This document shows, in pieces, positions 23,469-35,900 of a DNA stretch of 64,000 nucleotides; positions within the stretch are counted from its first letter, which is position 1; each line of letters begins with the position of its first letter. A model generated the notes under the pieces. That model was given only the letters and a program-made list of their open reading frames with translations, did not search any database and had not been told where the DNA came from. Source of the DNA: Zancudomyces culisetae HAW-14-8 (Eukaryota > Fungi > Kickxellomycota); contig JBNJNM010000013.1 in NCBI GenBank assembly GCA_052426225.1, positions 806,001-870,000 on the forward strand, in the 5' to 3' direction. The position numbers and the translations under genes were made by a program.

Positions 23469-26400
23469 ACTTTCAAGTTAGAGTATTATTTGCTTTTTCT
23501 TTTACACTGTTGTAATTTTCTATCTATATCTTTTCTTTTTTCTGGAATTATGAACATTCAGAAATTTTTAGTGTTGATAAGGGGGGGGGGGGGGGAGGGG
23601 GTTGTATGCTATGGAAAGTAATTATTTCTTGTGAAAATTTTGAATATCTAGGCTTCCTTCGGTTATTTATACTTTGGTATAGCTTTCACGGCTATTGTAG
23701 ATATAGATATGATCTGGAAATTTAATATTTTTATCGTAAGAAGAAATCTTTCTTATTTTATAGTTTTGAGTCTCTTAATTAAATAGGAGGTGTTTGTAAA
23801 TTGAAATGTTCAGAGATGAGCTTGTAGAAACTATTATTTTTAGAAAAGTTATAAAAAGGCACTACAATGTTATCCTTTTGCGTTTTAAACTTAAAAACCA
23901 GCAACGACATTTTTTGGTGTTTTATAAGACAAAGTGTGTACATCTCGCATTTTGCTGTTTACTGTGTTTAGCTATTTTATTCCAGCAAGCATTTTTCTCT
24001 TTGGGGATGAGATAATGTTAAGTGATATTATGTAATTAAAAAAAAATTTCACTTATAAACATCACCCATTAATATTATGAATCAAAAATTGTTTTATAAG
24101 CAGAGCTTTTGATAAAAAAAAAGTAGACGAGTAAAATACAAGAAATCTAAGAGAACTAAAAATCTAATTATAGACCACACTAAAAATAGGGATTTGTGCC
24201 CAGTTTAATGAAAATTCAGGTTAGTTTTTTGTATTGCAAATTAGAAATCATCGTAGAAATATATTGTTCTAGGTGTATTTAAAGTTAATTATGTAATAAA
24301 TCCCGGTCATTCATAACTCAGTCTAGGGACAGAAAAATAACAGCAATAAAAAAACAAATGGAGTTTCTGGGGGAGGGAAATGCCAAATGTAAGATGTTTG
24401 AACTTTTAATGGTACTTATATCATCCCACTCAAATTTTATATCATAATATCACATGTAGGATCTGGAGTGCAAAACCTGAATGGCACGAGATAAAATGAA
24501 GTAGGATGGCCTTTTTTGCAGTAATAGTCAACTAGCGTTAACGGCACTATTTGGGACTAACCATTTAGGTGGGAGAGTAGGAAGAGGTGAAGATTGCTTG
24601 TGTGTTCAAGTTAATAATGTGTTTGTTTATTCGTTAAGTAGCAATAACTACATGAAATCTTTTTAACCACTAGTGTCGTGAATTTCAGTAAACATTAAAA
24701 TAAATGATATATGCACTTGCGTCTTTTTACTGGATCGTTAGAAATCAAGGTCAAAGAAAAACTGTTACATAATTCTAATTCAAAAAGAAAGGATCAATAC
24801 AGTGTTCATTGAAAATAGACATAGTTAAATGACTTGATGGATAAAAAAAAGTGATGTTTTTTTCTCCAAACCAAAACGTAGCTGATAAATTTAGCTGTGA
24901 AAAGAAATATATTGTAACTGGATAGTGGTGGCCAAACGATAATATTTTTGGCGCTAAAATTAACTGAAAGGCGTCTTCCAAAACCTGAATCCCAATTTAT
25001 GTTGATAACTTTCATCCCTCCAATTCATCAATATTTTCTATATAAATTTGTCTAAATAAGGGAATGGAGTAAATTGGTAGTATATTGCTAAATTTTATGT
25101 GAAAGTTGCATTACATAACTTACCACATGTAATGATGTTTTATCGAATCATGAAAATAAAAAATGATGATGATCGCAAATTGACGTATATTTTTTTAAGT
25201 TACGCTAAAACGCTGGTATAAAAATAGAACATGACTGCCGTTTTCAACATATTATACAGTTTTGAAACACCACAAACGCTTTTGACCCAACTTGTTATTG
25301 GCATACTGGAGTGTTGTTGAAGGGTGGTTTCAAACTAATCGCAGCAAATCCGATCTTCATCAAAATTTAATGAGGAAATACAAAGGAATAAAAGACAAGT
25401 AGCCACAGATTATGGTGGATCTGAGCGAACTACATACTGAAGTACATTTGCTTATACGACATGAAAAAACCAATATTGATCAGTCACAAAATGTGATAGA
25501 ATGTCTCGATGCGAGGGGGAGGGAGAGAGAGAAAGAGAAAGAGAGACTGGCTTTTTCTTTCTTTTTCAAGCTTTGGACTGTAAAATCGCAGTACTAGGAA
25601 CAAAATCGTGGAAATTAAATCTAACTTTTAGTTAAAACCAATTCCACTCTGCTTAATTCTAGTATTTCACGTGTATCATTTGCTAAATAGACAAGAAACG
25701 ATCATTCTTGCAATGTGATGTATATTTATCGCTTGTATCCTTTGTTGACCAAAACCCGAAAAAAAGGGCTTGAGAAAAGCCGTACCAAGAATTGCACTTA
25801 GTAATACAAATAAGCTTTTGTTTGCAAAGGTAACTCGTGTTTCGACTGAAAAAAAAACCCCGCTACTGCTTGTTTTTTTCTTTTTTTGGGATATAATTCA
25901 TAAGATACCCAAAATCAATGAAGGTTAAAGGTATTGCCGATGTAACCGCAATTTATGTAATATTAGCATGTATTATCAACATTAGGGTAAATAAGCAACA
26001 TACTGACCTCCGTGGTTTGGAGATTATGGGATATTTTCTAATATTTTCTCTCCCAGCTCCTCCGTAATGCCAAATTGGGGATTAAACAAGTTCGCATTGC
26101 GATAATTAATTAGTTTATGAATTAAACCAAATAGATAATATCTCAAAACAAAAGTATTTTTAGAAACATCGTTCAATCAAACCAAAAAAAATACAAAATA
26201 TGGCTGGAGAAAAAATATAAGTTAATATATTGTTTTATAGGTGTTAATAATTATTTTTTATCCACGTTTGACCCTGTTTGTGGATTAAATACTATTAGGC
26301 TGGGATGAGGCAAGTGCATTCATGGAAATGCATTCGATACATCCATTTGTTTGTTGAAGAAAAAAAATACCTTCAGATAGAACAGTTTTCACCCCCAAAA

Positions 26401-27468
26401 GGTTCAAATCCACAACATATAGAAGGAAAAATATTTTCTTATGGGGTTTAGAAAAAAGGTGGCATGTATGAAATATTCTAAAAAAAAGCTAAATCATAAT
26501 ATGCGTCAAATTAGAGCTCCTTGATAACTATTGTTTCTTTTTGTTTGAAACTACTATATGAAAGAAACAACATCAATACTAGTGTATGGAATATATGGTA
26601 TATCAATGCTTTCACCAGAAATTGTCGCCATATCATTGTTGTGTTCTATTGCAGCTAAACACAAACATCTACCATTCAAAGCACAGCCATCAGCCCAGAT
26701 ACTGTCCCTCCCCCCCTTCAAGAAAAGTAACCAATAAAACAAGTGATTAGTGTGACAAATGGCTAGTGAAAAATCTACGCAATGTCTCAACTTCTAAACA
26801 CAGGTGTTTCTTGGTAGGAGCAAATATATTTTTTTCCAAATGCCGTCGGAGACATCAGAGAGGTCGAGAAAAAAACACACAATATACCTCAATTCTTGTA
26901 AGTTCAAAAACGTACACAACTATTATTTGTGTTTGTAACCTAGAGTTTCCAGATTGAACAGTTTTAAATCCATTTCACAAACTCGCATTTCTCTTACACC
27001 AAATACTCATTATTTGCTAATTGATTTGTTTTTTCCTACTAGTAAAGTAAAAGCCCGAGAGTTCAATTAATACTAAATAATATAAAAACGCCGAATGGTA
27101 ATAATTGAATTTCACGTTTTCTCTAAATAAAAAATAAAAATAAAAAACAACAACAATTACAACTAGTTTCTGAACTGAGTTGGCCACTCTAGCGTACACA
27201 GTGTTATGGTAAAATTCAAGATCAATAACCCCGCTCAGCCCACCTTTCAGAGAAAATACCTCACCCTAATCATTTTTTTAAAGTCCGCAACCAAACAAAT
27301 AATAACAAAATATGTCTAGGGAACATATAACACTTTCATTTTTATAATGGTGCAACTTCAATAATGCCATTAGAAAAACAGAAATAAAAAAAATGGGTAT
27401 GGGTATGGGTATGTACAATATGCCTATTTTAAAAAGGCGTTAACACACAAAGCTAAAAACCGAGTGTA

Positions 27469-29529
27469 TCATTCCATTGTGTGTAAATCCAAAACGGGCG
27501 ACTCGGCATTAAGTACAAAAAACATCCCGGAATATTTTCTGAATGTATGATCCAAGTCGATTTTCAGGTTTACAAAAACCTTACCAGTCAAAAATGCGTC
27601 ATATCCCGCCTCATGTGTAGTTCGTCTCGTTCCATTGTCGTAAGGGGAATAAGTTCTAACACCTTGGTTATTGTGTGTGTTTCGTTCCATTTCAGCTTCG
27701 ACTTGCTCAAGAACACTTGACTGATACTTTTTCTATAAACAAAAGAAATAGAGGAAAGGCTACAAATTAGTTCACCTTTACTAACGATTTAGCCAGGTAA
27801 AAAAATAAAAAAACGTTATTGAACATTACAACTAAAAGGTGAAATCAGTAAGAAACCACATATAGTAATGGATAGTACCTTTAGCTCTTCTTCTGTTTCT
27901 ATTATACATTTAGTATCGATAATCCTATTTAATTGATTAGTGTTTTATTAATTACTTTCATGTATAAATGATAAAGCTTAAAGATAAGTTGAGTGCAGGG
28001 GTAATAATGCGAAGTCTTGTCTAATATACCGAGAATAATATCACACAATGCTAGCTGAATAGGCTGTCTGACTTACATTGGAAACGTTTTCCGCAAAGAA
28101 TCGGAAAACTCAGCTATATCCCGAGGCAGATCATTATAAAAGTGAGAATGAATAAATAATAGATCAAGTAGGCAGTTATGACCAACAAGTGGCTTTTTGC
28201 TACTGCTAATCATATCCATTACAAGACCAAAGCCCCTGGCCTTTCTATATCGTTCCTAAAATGGTGTGTATACAAAGATATAGGCTGCTGTTTTATGTTA
28301 TATAATTGGAGTTGACTGGCTTACATGAACATCATCTACCAACGAGTCTCTATGCGCTTTTACATAGTCCTCTGTGTCTTTGAATATGTCCACCATTCCC
28401 TTTCTGCCTTTAGCATATAGCTGCGTATAATTTCTAATCTCTTGATGAACCAATCTCTGCTGGTAAGAACCTTTTGTATCTATCCGGATGCTATCTTTGC
28501 CCTCGCTAGAAAGTAAACTCCTTATTTTCTCTTGAAAGCCATTCAAAAACTCAAGATCCCTTTCGTTGGTGCTAATAAGTGACTTTCCCTCTAGCAAATC
28601 AAGTTTTTCCTTTTTAAACCTTGTGATTTCATCTAGAGTGGCATATGAAATTCCATCATATACCCATTTATTAAAGTCAAACGAATTTTTAGCCAGAAAT
28701 TCAAGCGAACGATTCAAAGAGCCAAAAATCAAATCCCTCTTCGAGTTCCCAACCCTTGAAAATGGAAAAATGTAGAAATTGAAAGGCTTCGCTTCATAAT
28801 ATCCGTGGCTTTTATTTTTTTCACCGCAGATATCAGTTGGTCCTTGACCCTGACCCTGACCCTGACCCTGTCTTTTCCTTTTTCTACCACAGATTTCTGA
28901 TTTTCCGGAGCTACAAGATTGAGAATCACTCTCGTCATTTCGTTGTTCAGCTCTACGCTTCTTAAAGTTATCCGTGCGGTTTGATAAACGGGATGTGGTA
29001 TCGGAAATTTCCATATCCTTTTCAAAGGTACGCAACTCGAGGTTGTCGGTCCGGAACTGTACTTCACATTCGTCTACTGATTCGTTACTATCTTCGGCTT
29101 GTTCATGTTCATTCTCTTCAGAATCACTAGTTGACTCTTTGCTCTCCCTCCAGGTAAAAGTACATATTCCGAATTGTACTATCTGAAACATTTCTGCTAC
29201 TTTTTTGTATTTTTCGTATATGCCTTCCTTCGATATCTTATCAAAGCTCATCTTTTCATCTGTATCCCAAATTCCTACGTCATAGTGTTAAACTGAAATG
29301 TTTTTTTATTCACTTTTAAATTACCCGAAATACAGATATTATACTATAAAACGTAAAAAAATGAAAAAAATGTTGGCAGTAAGCGAATGCTGAAAGCATA
29401 TATTAAAATAGATAAAGTGAACAATAGAGAACCTGTCATTTCGGAATCGAATGAAATAAAGTCACATTCGTCGATACATCTTTGTATCAGGGGAAGAGTT
29501 GATTCAAAATTGCTCCGCGTTACCTCCAT
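27469..29529 (-). CDS. CAF1-family poly(A)-specific ribonuclease (PARN/triman-like). Exons 29529-29433, 29274-28325, 28255-28077, 27924-27879, 27732-27469
   Basis: MEVTRSNF..FISFDSEMTG, QIVQFGICTF, FNFYIFP, SLEFLAKNSFDFNKW, R3H-like QQRLVHQ, KPLVGHNCLLDL, IIDTK and HEAGYDAFLTG (DEDDh). Junctions are in phase. Confidence 0.9.
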
Positions 29530-30140
29530 GTATCAATGTTATGTAGCGAGTTCAATTTAGTTAAATAAGATTTAAACACACCGAAAGATGATTTTGTTGA
29601 AAATGTTGGACTAACTTTGTTGTTATTCTAGGTTTACATTATTTTAAAAGTCAACAGAGATCGCTTACTTGGTGTGGTTGATGATAAAATTACATTGGTC
29701 AAAATCAAATTCGACACACGTGTATTTTAGAATATAATTAGCGGAGACCATTTGGCAAAAACCCAAGTTTAAACATTTTTTCATAATTGCATCGGATTGA
29801 GTATCAAAAAATGCTCTTGCACATAAACACCATTTTTAACAGGGTGCTTGAACATCAAACTAAACGAGATGCTCAACTATTTATGTACTAAGGTCGACTC
29901 GCTATACTCATCAAACGCAAATATGACTGTTAAAGTATACACCAAGATTCTTTTCAGTTATAGACAAGAAAACGAAAAAAAATAACTGAAAAAAGGTTGG
30001 TTTTATTAGATGATCTCAAAATCACCGAAAAAAATGAATAAAAGATTTCAGGCAGTCCAAGTTAGTATTGTAAAAAAAAATTTTTTTTTTGAATATTAGT
30101 TTTTTCGATTCAAAAGGAAAAGCGAAATAAATTTCGATAT

Positions 30141-30156
30141 ACTGAAAAAATTTTTT
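30141..30156 (+). promoter_or_regulatory. RRPE-like element upstream of UTP4
   Basis: ACTGAAAAAATTTTTT resembles yeast RRPE (TGAAAAWTTTT). An identical 16-mer lies at 60732-60747. Confidence 0.45.
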
Positions 30157-30224
30157 AGGGCAGGTTTATATAGCATCAAAAATAACATAAAAATAGAGTA
30201 AAAAAAAAAGAAGCAAAATCGAAA

Positions 30225-32972
30225 ATGGAGGTACATCGATGTAATATAGTAGATTATGTGCCTAAAACGATCAATTCGATAGAATTTACACCAAAGACAT
30301 GGAAAATAAGACCATATTTGGCTGTGGGCAGAAGCAACGGTGATATAGAAATATGGACATATGAGAATGGCTACAGCTTGGAGAAGACAATACCAGGATA
30401 CCGAGCTGGTACACTAGAAACCTTGGTGTGGGCGCATCAGGTTGAACTGAGCGAAGAAGATAAAGAGCTTTATAGCAGCGAAGAAGAGCAAAAACAGGCA
30501 ACAAGAGAGCTGCTCGAAACACCACCTCGGTTGTTTACTGCGGGGACAAAGGGGGAGATCGTAGAGTGGGATTTGCGAAGGCTGAGAGCAAAAAAGAAGA
30601 TGGATAGTTATGGAGGGGCTGTGTGGAGCATGGCAGTAAATAACAAGCAGACAGAGTTGGCCGTTGGAACCGATGAGGGTAGCATCAGGATATTTGACAT
30701 AACAGAGGGAGGAATACGGTATAAAAAGGGGCTAGAAGGAGCAACAGGGACCAAAATACTTAGTATTTGTTGGACAGAGGATGACCAGCATATAGTTGCG
30801 GGATCCGATGATGGAAATATAAGAAAGTGGAAGGTTGCAGAGGGAAGAATAGTTTCAAAACTTACAACCAAGACCAAAAGAAGTGAGAAATCAATGATAT
30901 GGAGCGTGGTGGTGATAAAGGGTACCAGATATATAGCAAGTGGTGATAGCACTGGTAGCGTCATCTTTTGGGATATAGAAATGGAAATAATGGTTCAGAA
31001 AATACAGAGTCATTTGGCAGACATATTGTGTATGGGGTATGACGAATCTAGTGAGGCATTATATGTTAGTGGAGTGGATCATAAATTGTCACAATTTAAA
31101 AAGGTAAAAGGAATCGATCAATGGGTCGAGAAGTTTAGCAAGAGAACACATACACATGATGTTAGAGCTATAGGGATTGAAAATGGGAATGGAGGACGTG
31201 TGGTTACGGGAGGTGTGGACGGCAGAATGATGGTAAACTGTGAAGAAGATAACGGAAAATTCAATTCCACAAGAATGCCAGTTTTTCCACCACAGAATGA
31301 GTTTATTAGTGTTTCCAAGAGACCAGATTCAAAGGGCAGAGTGATTATGACAATGAAGAACCACGAAGAGCTTAAAATATGGAAAGTCAAGGTCACGAAT
31401 GACGTGGGTGAACAACAGGCACAGCAGTTATTAGCGAATCATCGCCAACAGAATTCAGCATGCACAGAAAAAGTGATAGTCAAAATAGATGGAAAAAGCA
31501 ATCTGGTTGCCACCGGAGTTTCACCAAGCGGCAAATACATAGTAGTCTCAGATACAGAAAAGGTTCGGTTGTTTGAAGTGTTGGAGAATAATGAGAATGA
31601 TGAATTGGTAATAGTCAAACGGGTTGACAATTTACTGGTGGGGAGGAGAGAAGATAAGGAATATGTCACCAAAATACATTTTGCAGGCACCGATGGTAAT
31701 GAGAATAGCGGAGAAGAGATGATTGTATTGGCTACGTCAGAGTTGAATATTTATGTAATACAAAACCTAGCATCAATCTCTGTAAATAACACTGAGGGCA
31801 TTAATGAAAAGATGGATAATACAACTGGTGAAGCAGCAAGCAGTGGTAACAATGAGCTGGTTTATAAAAAAATAGAAAGCCATCATGATGAAATCCGAAA
31901 GGAATTCACAGTGATAGGCCAACAGCGTGTTGGTGGTGCCGGAAGTATTATCGGAAAGCTGCGCAACATAACAGGGCTTTCAGCATTTGGCGAGTCAAGA
32001 TATTTGGTTTCAATCGATTCAGGCAACAGAATAGCTATTACAGACTTGAAGACAAACGCATTGGTGTTCTACAGCAGCCACACCAATGTTGTTGACGAGG
32101 GTCGTGGTGGAGACGATGGTGAAAACAATACTGGCGTTATATATCCAATCAATGTAAATACAATTGTCAACAACAACTTGGTCTCTCTGATCTTGGGATA
32201 CAACAATAATACAATAAGCGTTCTGGCTTTGGCAATGGCATCGGCAAATAAAAGCAAAAAATCACACGAAGACGCGGCCAAACTCAAGCTAAAACAGAAT
32301 TTCGGGTCTATTCTTGAAATTAAAGAGAAGTATCCAATCAACAAGATTCTTACATCCAATGGCTCTGTCTATGTGTATGGTGTCAACTATATCTACAAAG
32401 TCGACATTACCAGCCTTTTAGCTGATGCTACTACCGCTGGAAAGAGTGCTGTTAATAATGGATTGGAGAACGTAACAATCAAAAACATTGATGAAAATAA
32501 CAAGCATGTAAATAAAATTATCAACCAGAGTATCGAGCACTATAACCTGTTTTTGACAAATAACAGCAACAAGGTGAATTTATTGAAAAGAAAGATATCT
32601 ACACTCTTAAAAAAGACAAACGATAAAGACAATGATTTGGAGTATCTGACCTCACAGACACTGAAAAAGATCAGAATCCTTGGCTGCGACATCGACCAGA
32701 GCATCGCCATCCCCGCAAAAACTAGCAGTAACGATGTCTCTGAGAGCAGTCAAGCCTCGAATCTCACATACAAAGCTGAAATCGGCAAAGGAAACGTGGT
32801 TTTCGTTACCAAAAAGTACAACTCGATAATGTTTGTTGATTTTATCCAAAACTCATCTGCCAGCAGTAGCAGTAACGATAAGCCAGTACTGTTCATGGTA
32901 CAGAGGTATTGGTTCGATACGCTGTCAGCTCTGCCAAAATCGTTTGAAGGACACAAGAAATTCAACCGCTAG
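30225..32972 (+). CDS. UTP4: U3 snoRNA-associated WD40 protein Utp4
   Basis: N-terminal MEVHRCNIVDYVP typical of Utp4. LAVGRSNGDIEIW, GGAVWSM, SGDSTGSVIFWD and HTHDVRA WD40 motifs. Confidence 0.9.
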   Translation: MEVHRCNIVDYVPKTINSIEFTPKTWKIRPYLAVGRSNGDIEIWTYENGYSLEKTIPGYRAGTLETLVWAHQVELSEEDKELYSSEEEQKQATRELLETPPRLFTAGTKGEIVEWDLRRLRAKKKMDSYGGAVWSMAVNNKQTELAVGTDEGSIRIFDITEGGIRYKKGLEGATGTKILSICWTEDDQHIVAGSDDGNIRKWKVAEGRIVSKLTTKTKRSEKSMIWSVVVIKGTRYIASGDSTGSVIFWDIEMEIMVQKIQSHLADILCMGYDESSEALYVSGVDHKLSQFKKVKGIDQWVEKFSKRTHTHDVRAIGIENGNGGRVVTGGVDGRMMVNCEEDNGKFNSTRMPVFPPQNEFISVSKRPDSKGRVIMTMKNHEELKIWKVKVTNDVGEQQAQQLLANHRQQNSACTEKVIVKIDGKSNLVATGVSPSGKYIVVSDTEKVRLFEVLENNENDELVIVKRVDNLLVGRREDKEYVTKIHFAGTDGNENSGEEMIVLATSELNIYVIQNLASISVNNTEGINEKMDNTTGEAASSGNNELVYKKIESHHDEIRKEFTVIGQQRVGGAGSIIGKLRNITGLSAFGESRYLVSIDSGNRIAITDLKTNALVFYSSHTNVVDEGRGGDDGENNTGVIYPINVNTIVNNNLVSLILGYNNNTISVLALAMASANKSKKSHEDAAKLKLKQNFGSILEIKEKYPINKILTSNGSVYVYGVNYIYKVDITSLLADATTAGKSAVNNGLENVTIKNIDENNKHVNKIINQSIEHYNLFLTNNSNKVNLLKRKISTLLKKTNDKDNDLEYLTSQTLKKIRILGCDIDQSIAIPAKTSSNDVSESSQASNLTYKAEIGKGNVVFVTKKYNSIMFVDFIQNSSASSSSNDKPVLFMVQRYWFDTLSALPKSFEGHKKFNR

Positions 32973-35900
32973 ACATTGGTATAATATGATCTCATCACGT
33001 TGATGTTTGGAAAATCTATGGGTAAGTCGCCACTTTGCTTGATTTTCTGGACGACTTTGATGATTTTGCCCAATTTATCGATTTTATTGTTGGTTATTTT
33101 TAGTTGTTTTGTTAATACCGCTTCCTTGAATTTTTTAAACAATAATAATTTGTCATACATGTTTTTCTGTTTACTCTTCAAACTACTCTCCACTCCTAGT
33201 GTTATCGCTTTGACACTTGTTTCGCCTTTTGCCCCTTCCTCTTTCTCTTTCTCTTCCTCTTTCTTTCCCTCCTCCTCTCCCTCTCCCCCCGCCCCAACCT
33301 CTAGGATTGATGATGAAAGAACAGGACTAAAGTTGGTGTTGTCCAATATATACTTTTGGATGCTATTGTTGGACCCAAACACCTCATAAATCAGCAATCC
33401 CAGTTTTGGACCAATTCCGCTCACGCCCATTGTGTAGTCCGATCCCAAAAAATATGCCAAAAATACCAGTCCCTCCCTATCAATTGTCATTTTCCCATCA
33501 CCACATTTCCATTTTTTATTTCCCTTGCCATCCACAATGGCGTTGTACACTCTGGCATCTTTTTGTTTACTAAAGAAATGTCGATATACTTTTGTACCGC
33601 CAAACAACAGCACATCACTGTCATCAGTAATAATTCCATCCACTTTGCTTTCGGCTTCCAGTTTTGCACACAGAGCTTCCGCCTCCGTAGCCGCTGTTAT
33701 ATATGTAACATTCATCTGGTACAATAACTTTCTAACCTCCTCCATTATTTCAGAAGTTATTACGCTGCTATCCCGTTTCGCCTTTTTCAAATCCATAGTT
33801 ATCTCCCTAATCTCCTTCTGAACAGCCTCAACTCGTTTTTTCTGTTCCTGCTGTCCCTTGCTGGGTCCTTTTCTTGGCATCCAGAACATATCATTTTGAC
33901 CACTGTCGCCACTAACCCCACCCGATATTCGCCTGTTCATGCCAAACAACCCATCCCCACTCTGCGCCCTTTTGATTATTTCTTCAACGCTTCTCGGCTC
34001 CCCTTCTATGTTTGTGTGTGGGTTGCTGCCCTCTATTGGCTTCAACAGACTTTGCTGTTTATTTGGTGTAAAAAATGCTGCATTGGAAATACTTTTTACC
34101 GAGTTCTCACCCACGGTATTGAGCTTTATTTCCTCCCAACTCGAAAAGTCTACGTCACCCTCTTCCACTTTCTTTTCGTTGTCTACCAAGTTTTTTACCT
34201 GTCCATTTTTGAAACCTAACCCTTCCGGTAAAGCGTTAAACTCGACCTGTTCGAATTTATCAAACTCGCTTTGCTGGGGCTGGTCATTTACATCTATTCC
34301 CGCATGTATTTCAATACTTTGTGGAATTTCATGAATCATATCTTCTTCGTTAGCCTCATTGACCTCATTGATCTCAATAACCTCATTGACCTCAATAACC
34401 TCTTTTGCTTCGCCACTTTCGCTTGTAGTGATACTTTCTGTCTGTTTTTTAGGCCTCTCAATTTCTATAGATTCAGGTTTTATCTCCAGATCTACCTGCT
34501 CAAACTCGCCGAATTCCTCAAAGTTATCAAATGTATTATCAATATAGATATCATTATCGTTACCATCACCAATATCATTAACATCACCAATATCATTATC
34601 GCTGCCATTACCATTATCCGGTTTGGTCTGGGTCGAGTCACCACCACTCATCACCAACAATGATTCCTTTTTCGGAAAATGAACATCTATGTTCTTTTCC
34701 AAACTGTTCTCACTATCAGTTTCTCCATGTCCTACAACAACATTGTACCCCAACTTACTATCGCCAGTGTTTATATCCCTTAGTTCATTCGTCGATTCTT
34801 GCATTTTATCCTGAAAATTTATCTCTTCAAAACCGTCAAACTCGGCATATTCATTTTGCTCGCCATCATCTTCCGGAAGTTCATCAAAATCGGCATCTTG
34901 GTATTTACCATCATATTCTTCGTCATCCTCATCCTCATCCTCACCACCCTCATCCCCATTGTTTCCACTCACCTGCTTGTCTCCAAAGAACACCTCCTCA
35001 AAGTCGTCAAAGTCATTAAACTCACTATTACTATCGCTATCCAAATGGTATATACCCTTAGTTCCCCGGTTTTTATTCTTCCATTCATTAGATTCATTCT
35101 CGATATTCGTATTCTCATTATCTTGCTCATACTCTGGGATTGGCACGTCTTCAAATTCCACATCACTACTACTGCTATTACTACTAATTTGATCGCTATC
35201 GTTCTTAACCTCTGCAAAAAAATCAGTACCCCCATTAGCATCAGGTTTTTCATTAGTATCTTTTCCACTATTTAGAGAAAAGCTTTTATTGTCCTTTTCC
35301 GCTTTTATACCGCTTTCAGTCTTTATCGGCTTGCTATCCATGTCATAGCTCGTATAATCTGTATCTTCTGATGCTTTCAATACCCACCCCCCTCCCTGAA
35401 CACCCTCATCATCTTTCTGTAATATGTATTTGACTCCTCTCTGTCCAACCACTGCCCTGCTCATCATCCGCCCCATCTTTGCTGATGCAGGATTTCCAAA
35501 TTTCCCGCCACCGATCCTTCTACTCGTATCATCTTTATGCTGATCATTCCATTGTTTTGCCGTATCTGGCGAGGTTCTCACTCTATGCGAATGCCCAGAT
35601 ACTATCAAATACTTCTCCATCAGTTTGTTTCTTACCATCAAGTTATCTATTTGCATCTGCGAAAAATCCATCGCGGTCTTGGTTCCCTCCACCATTCTTT
35701 TCAGTCGCCCAAACGATGTCTGTCTCGATTTATCCTTCATATCTTTAACAACCGCATGTTGCTCCGCAGTTTCCATTCTTGTAAACTCACGGCTATTTAT
35801 ATCTACATCCTGCTCCAAAAAATCATCAGAAATGTCGCCCTCGTTCTTGTCACCCTCGCTCGCATCTTGTTTATGCGCTTCGAGATAGTTGTATCCTGCC

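Noticed and set aside
32750-32968. In-frame continuation after the RAD2 stop (RLNFLCPSNDFGRAD..) as a read-through XPG tail
   Set aside because: It is antisense to the UTP4 CDS, and the resemblance to the WG.PD motif is too weak.
34350-34615. 9- and 18-nt tandem repeats
   Set aside because: They are coding repeats within the RAD2 acidic spacer (EVIEVNE, DIGDVN), not an array or mobile element.
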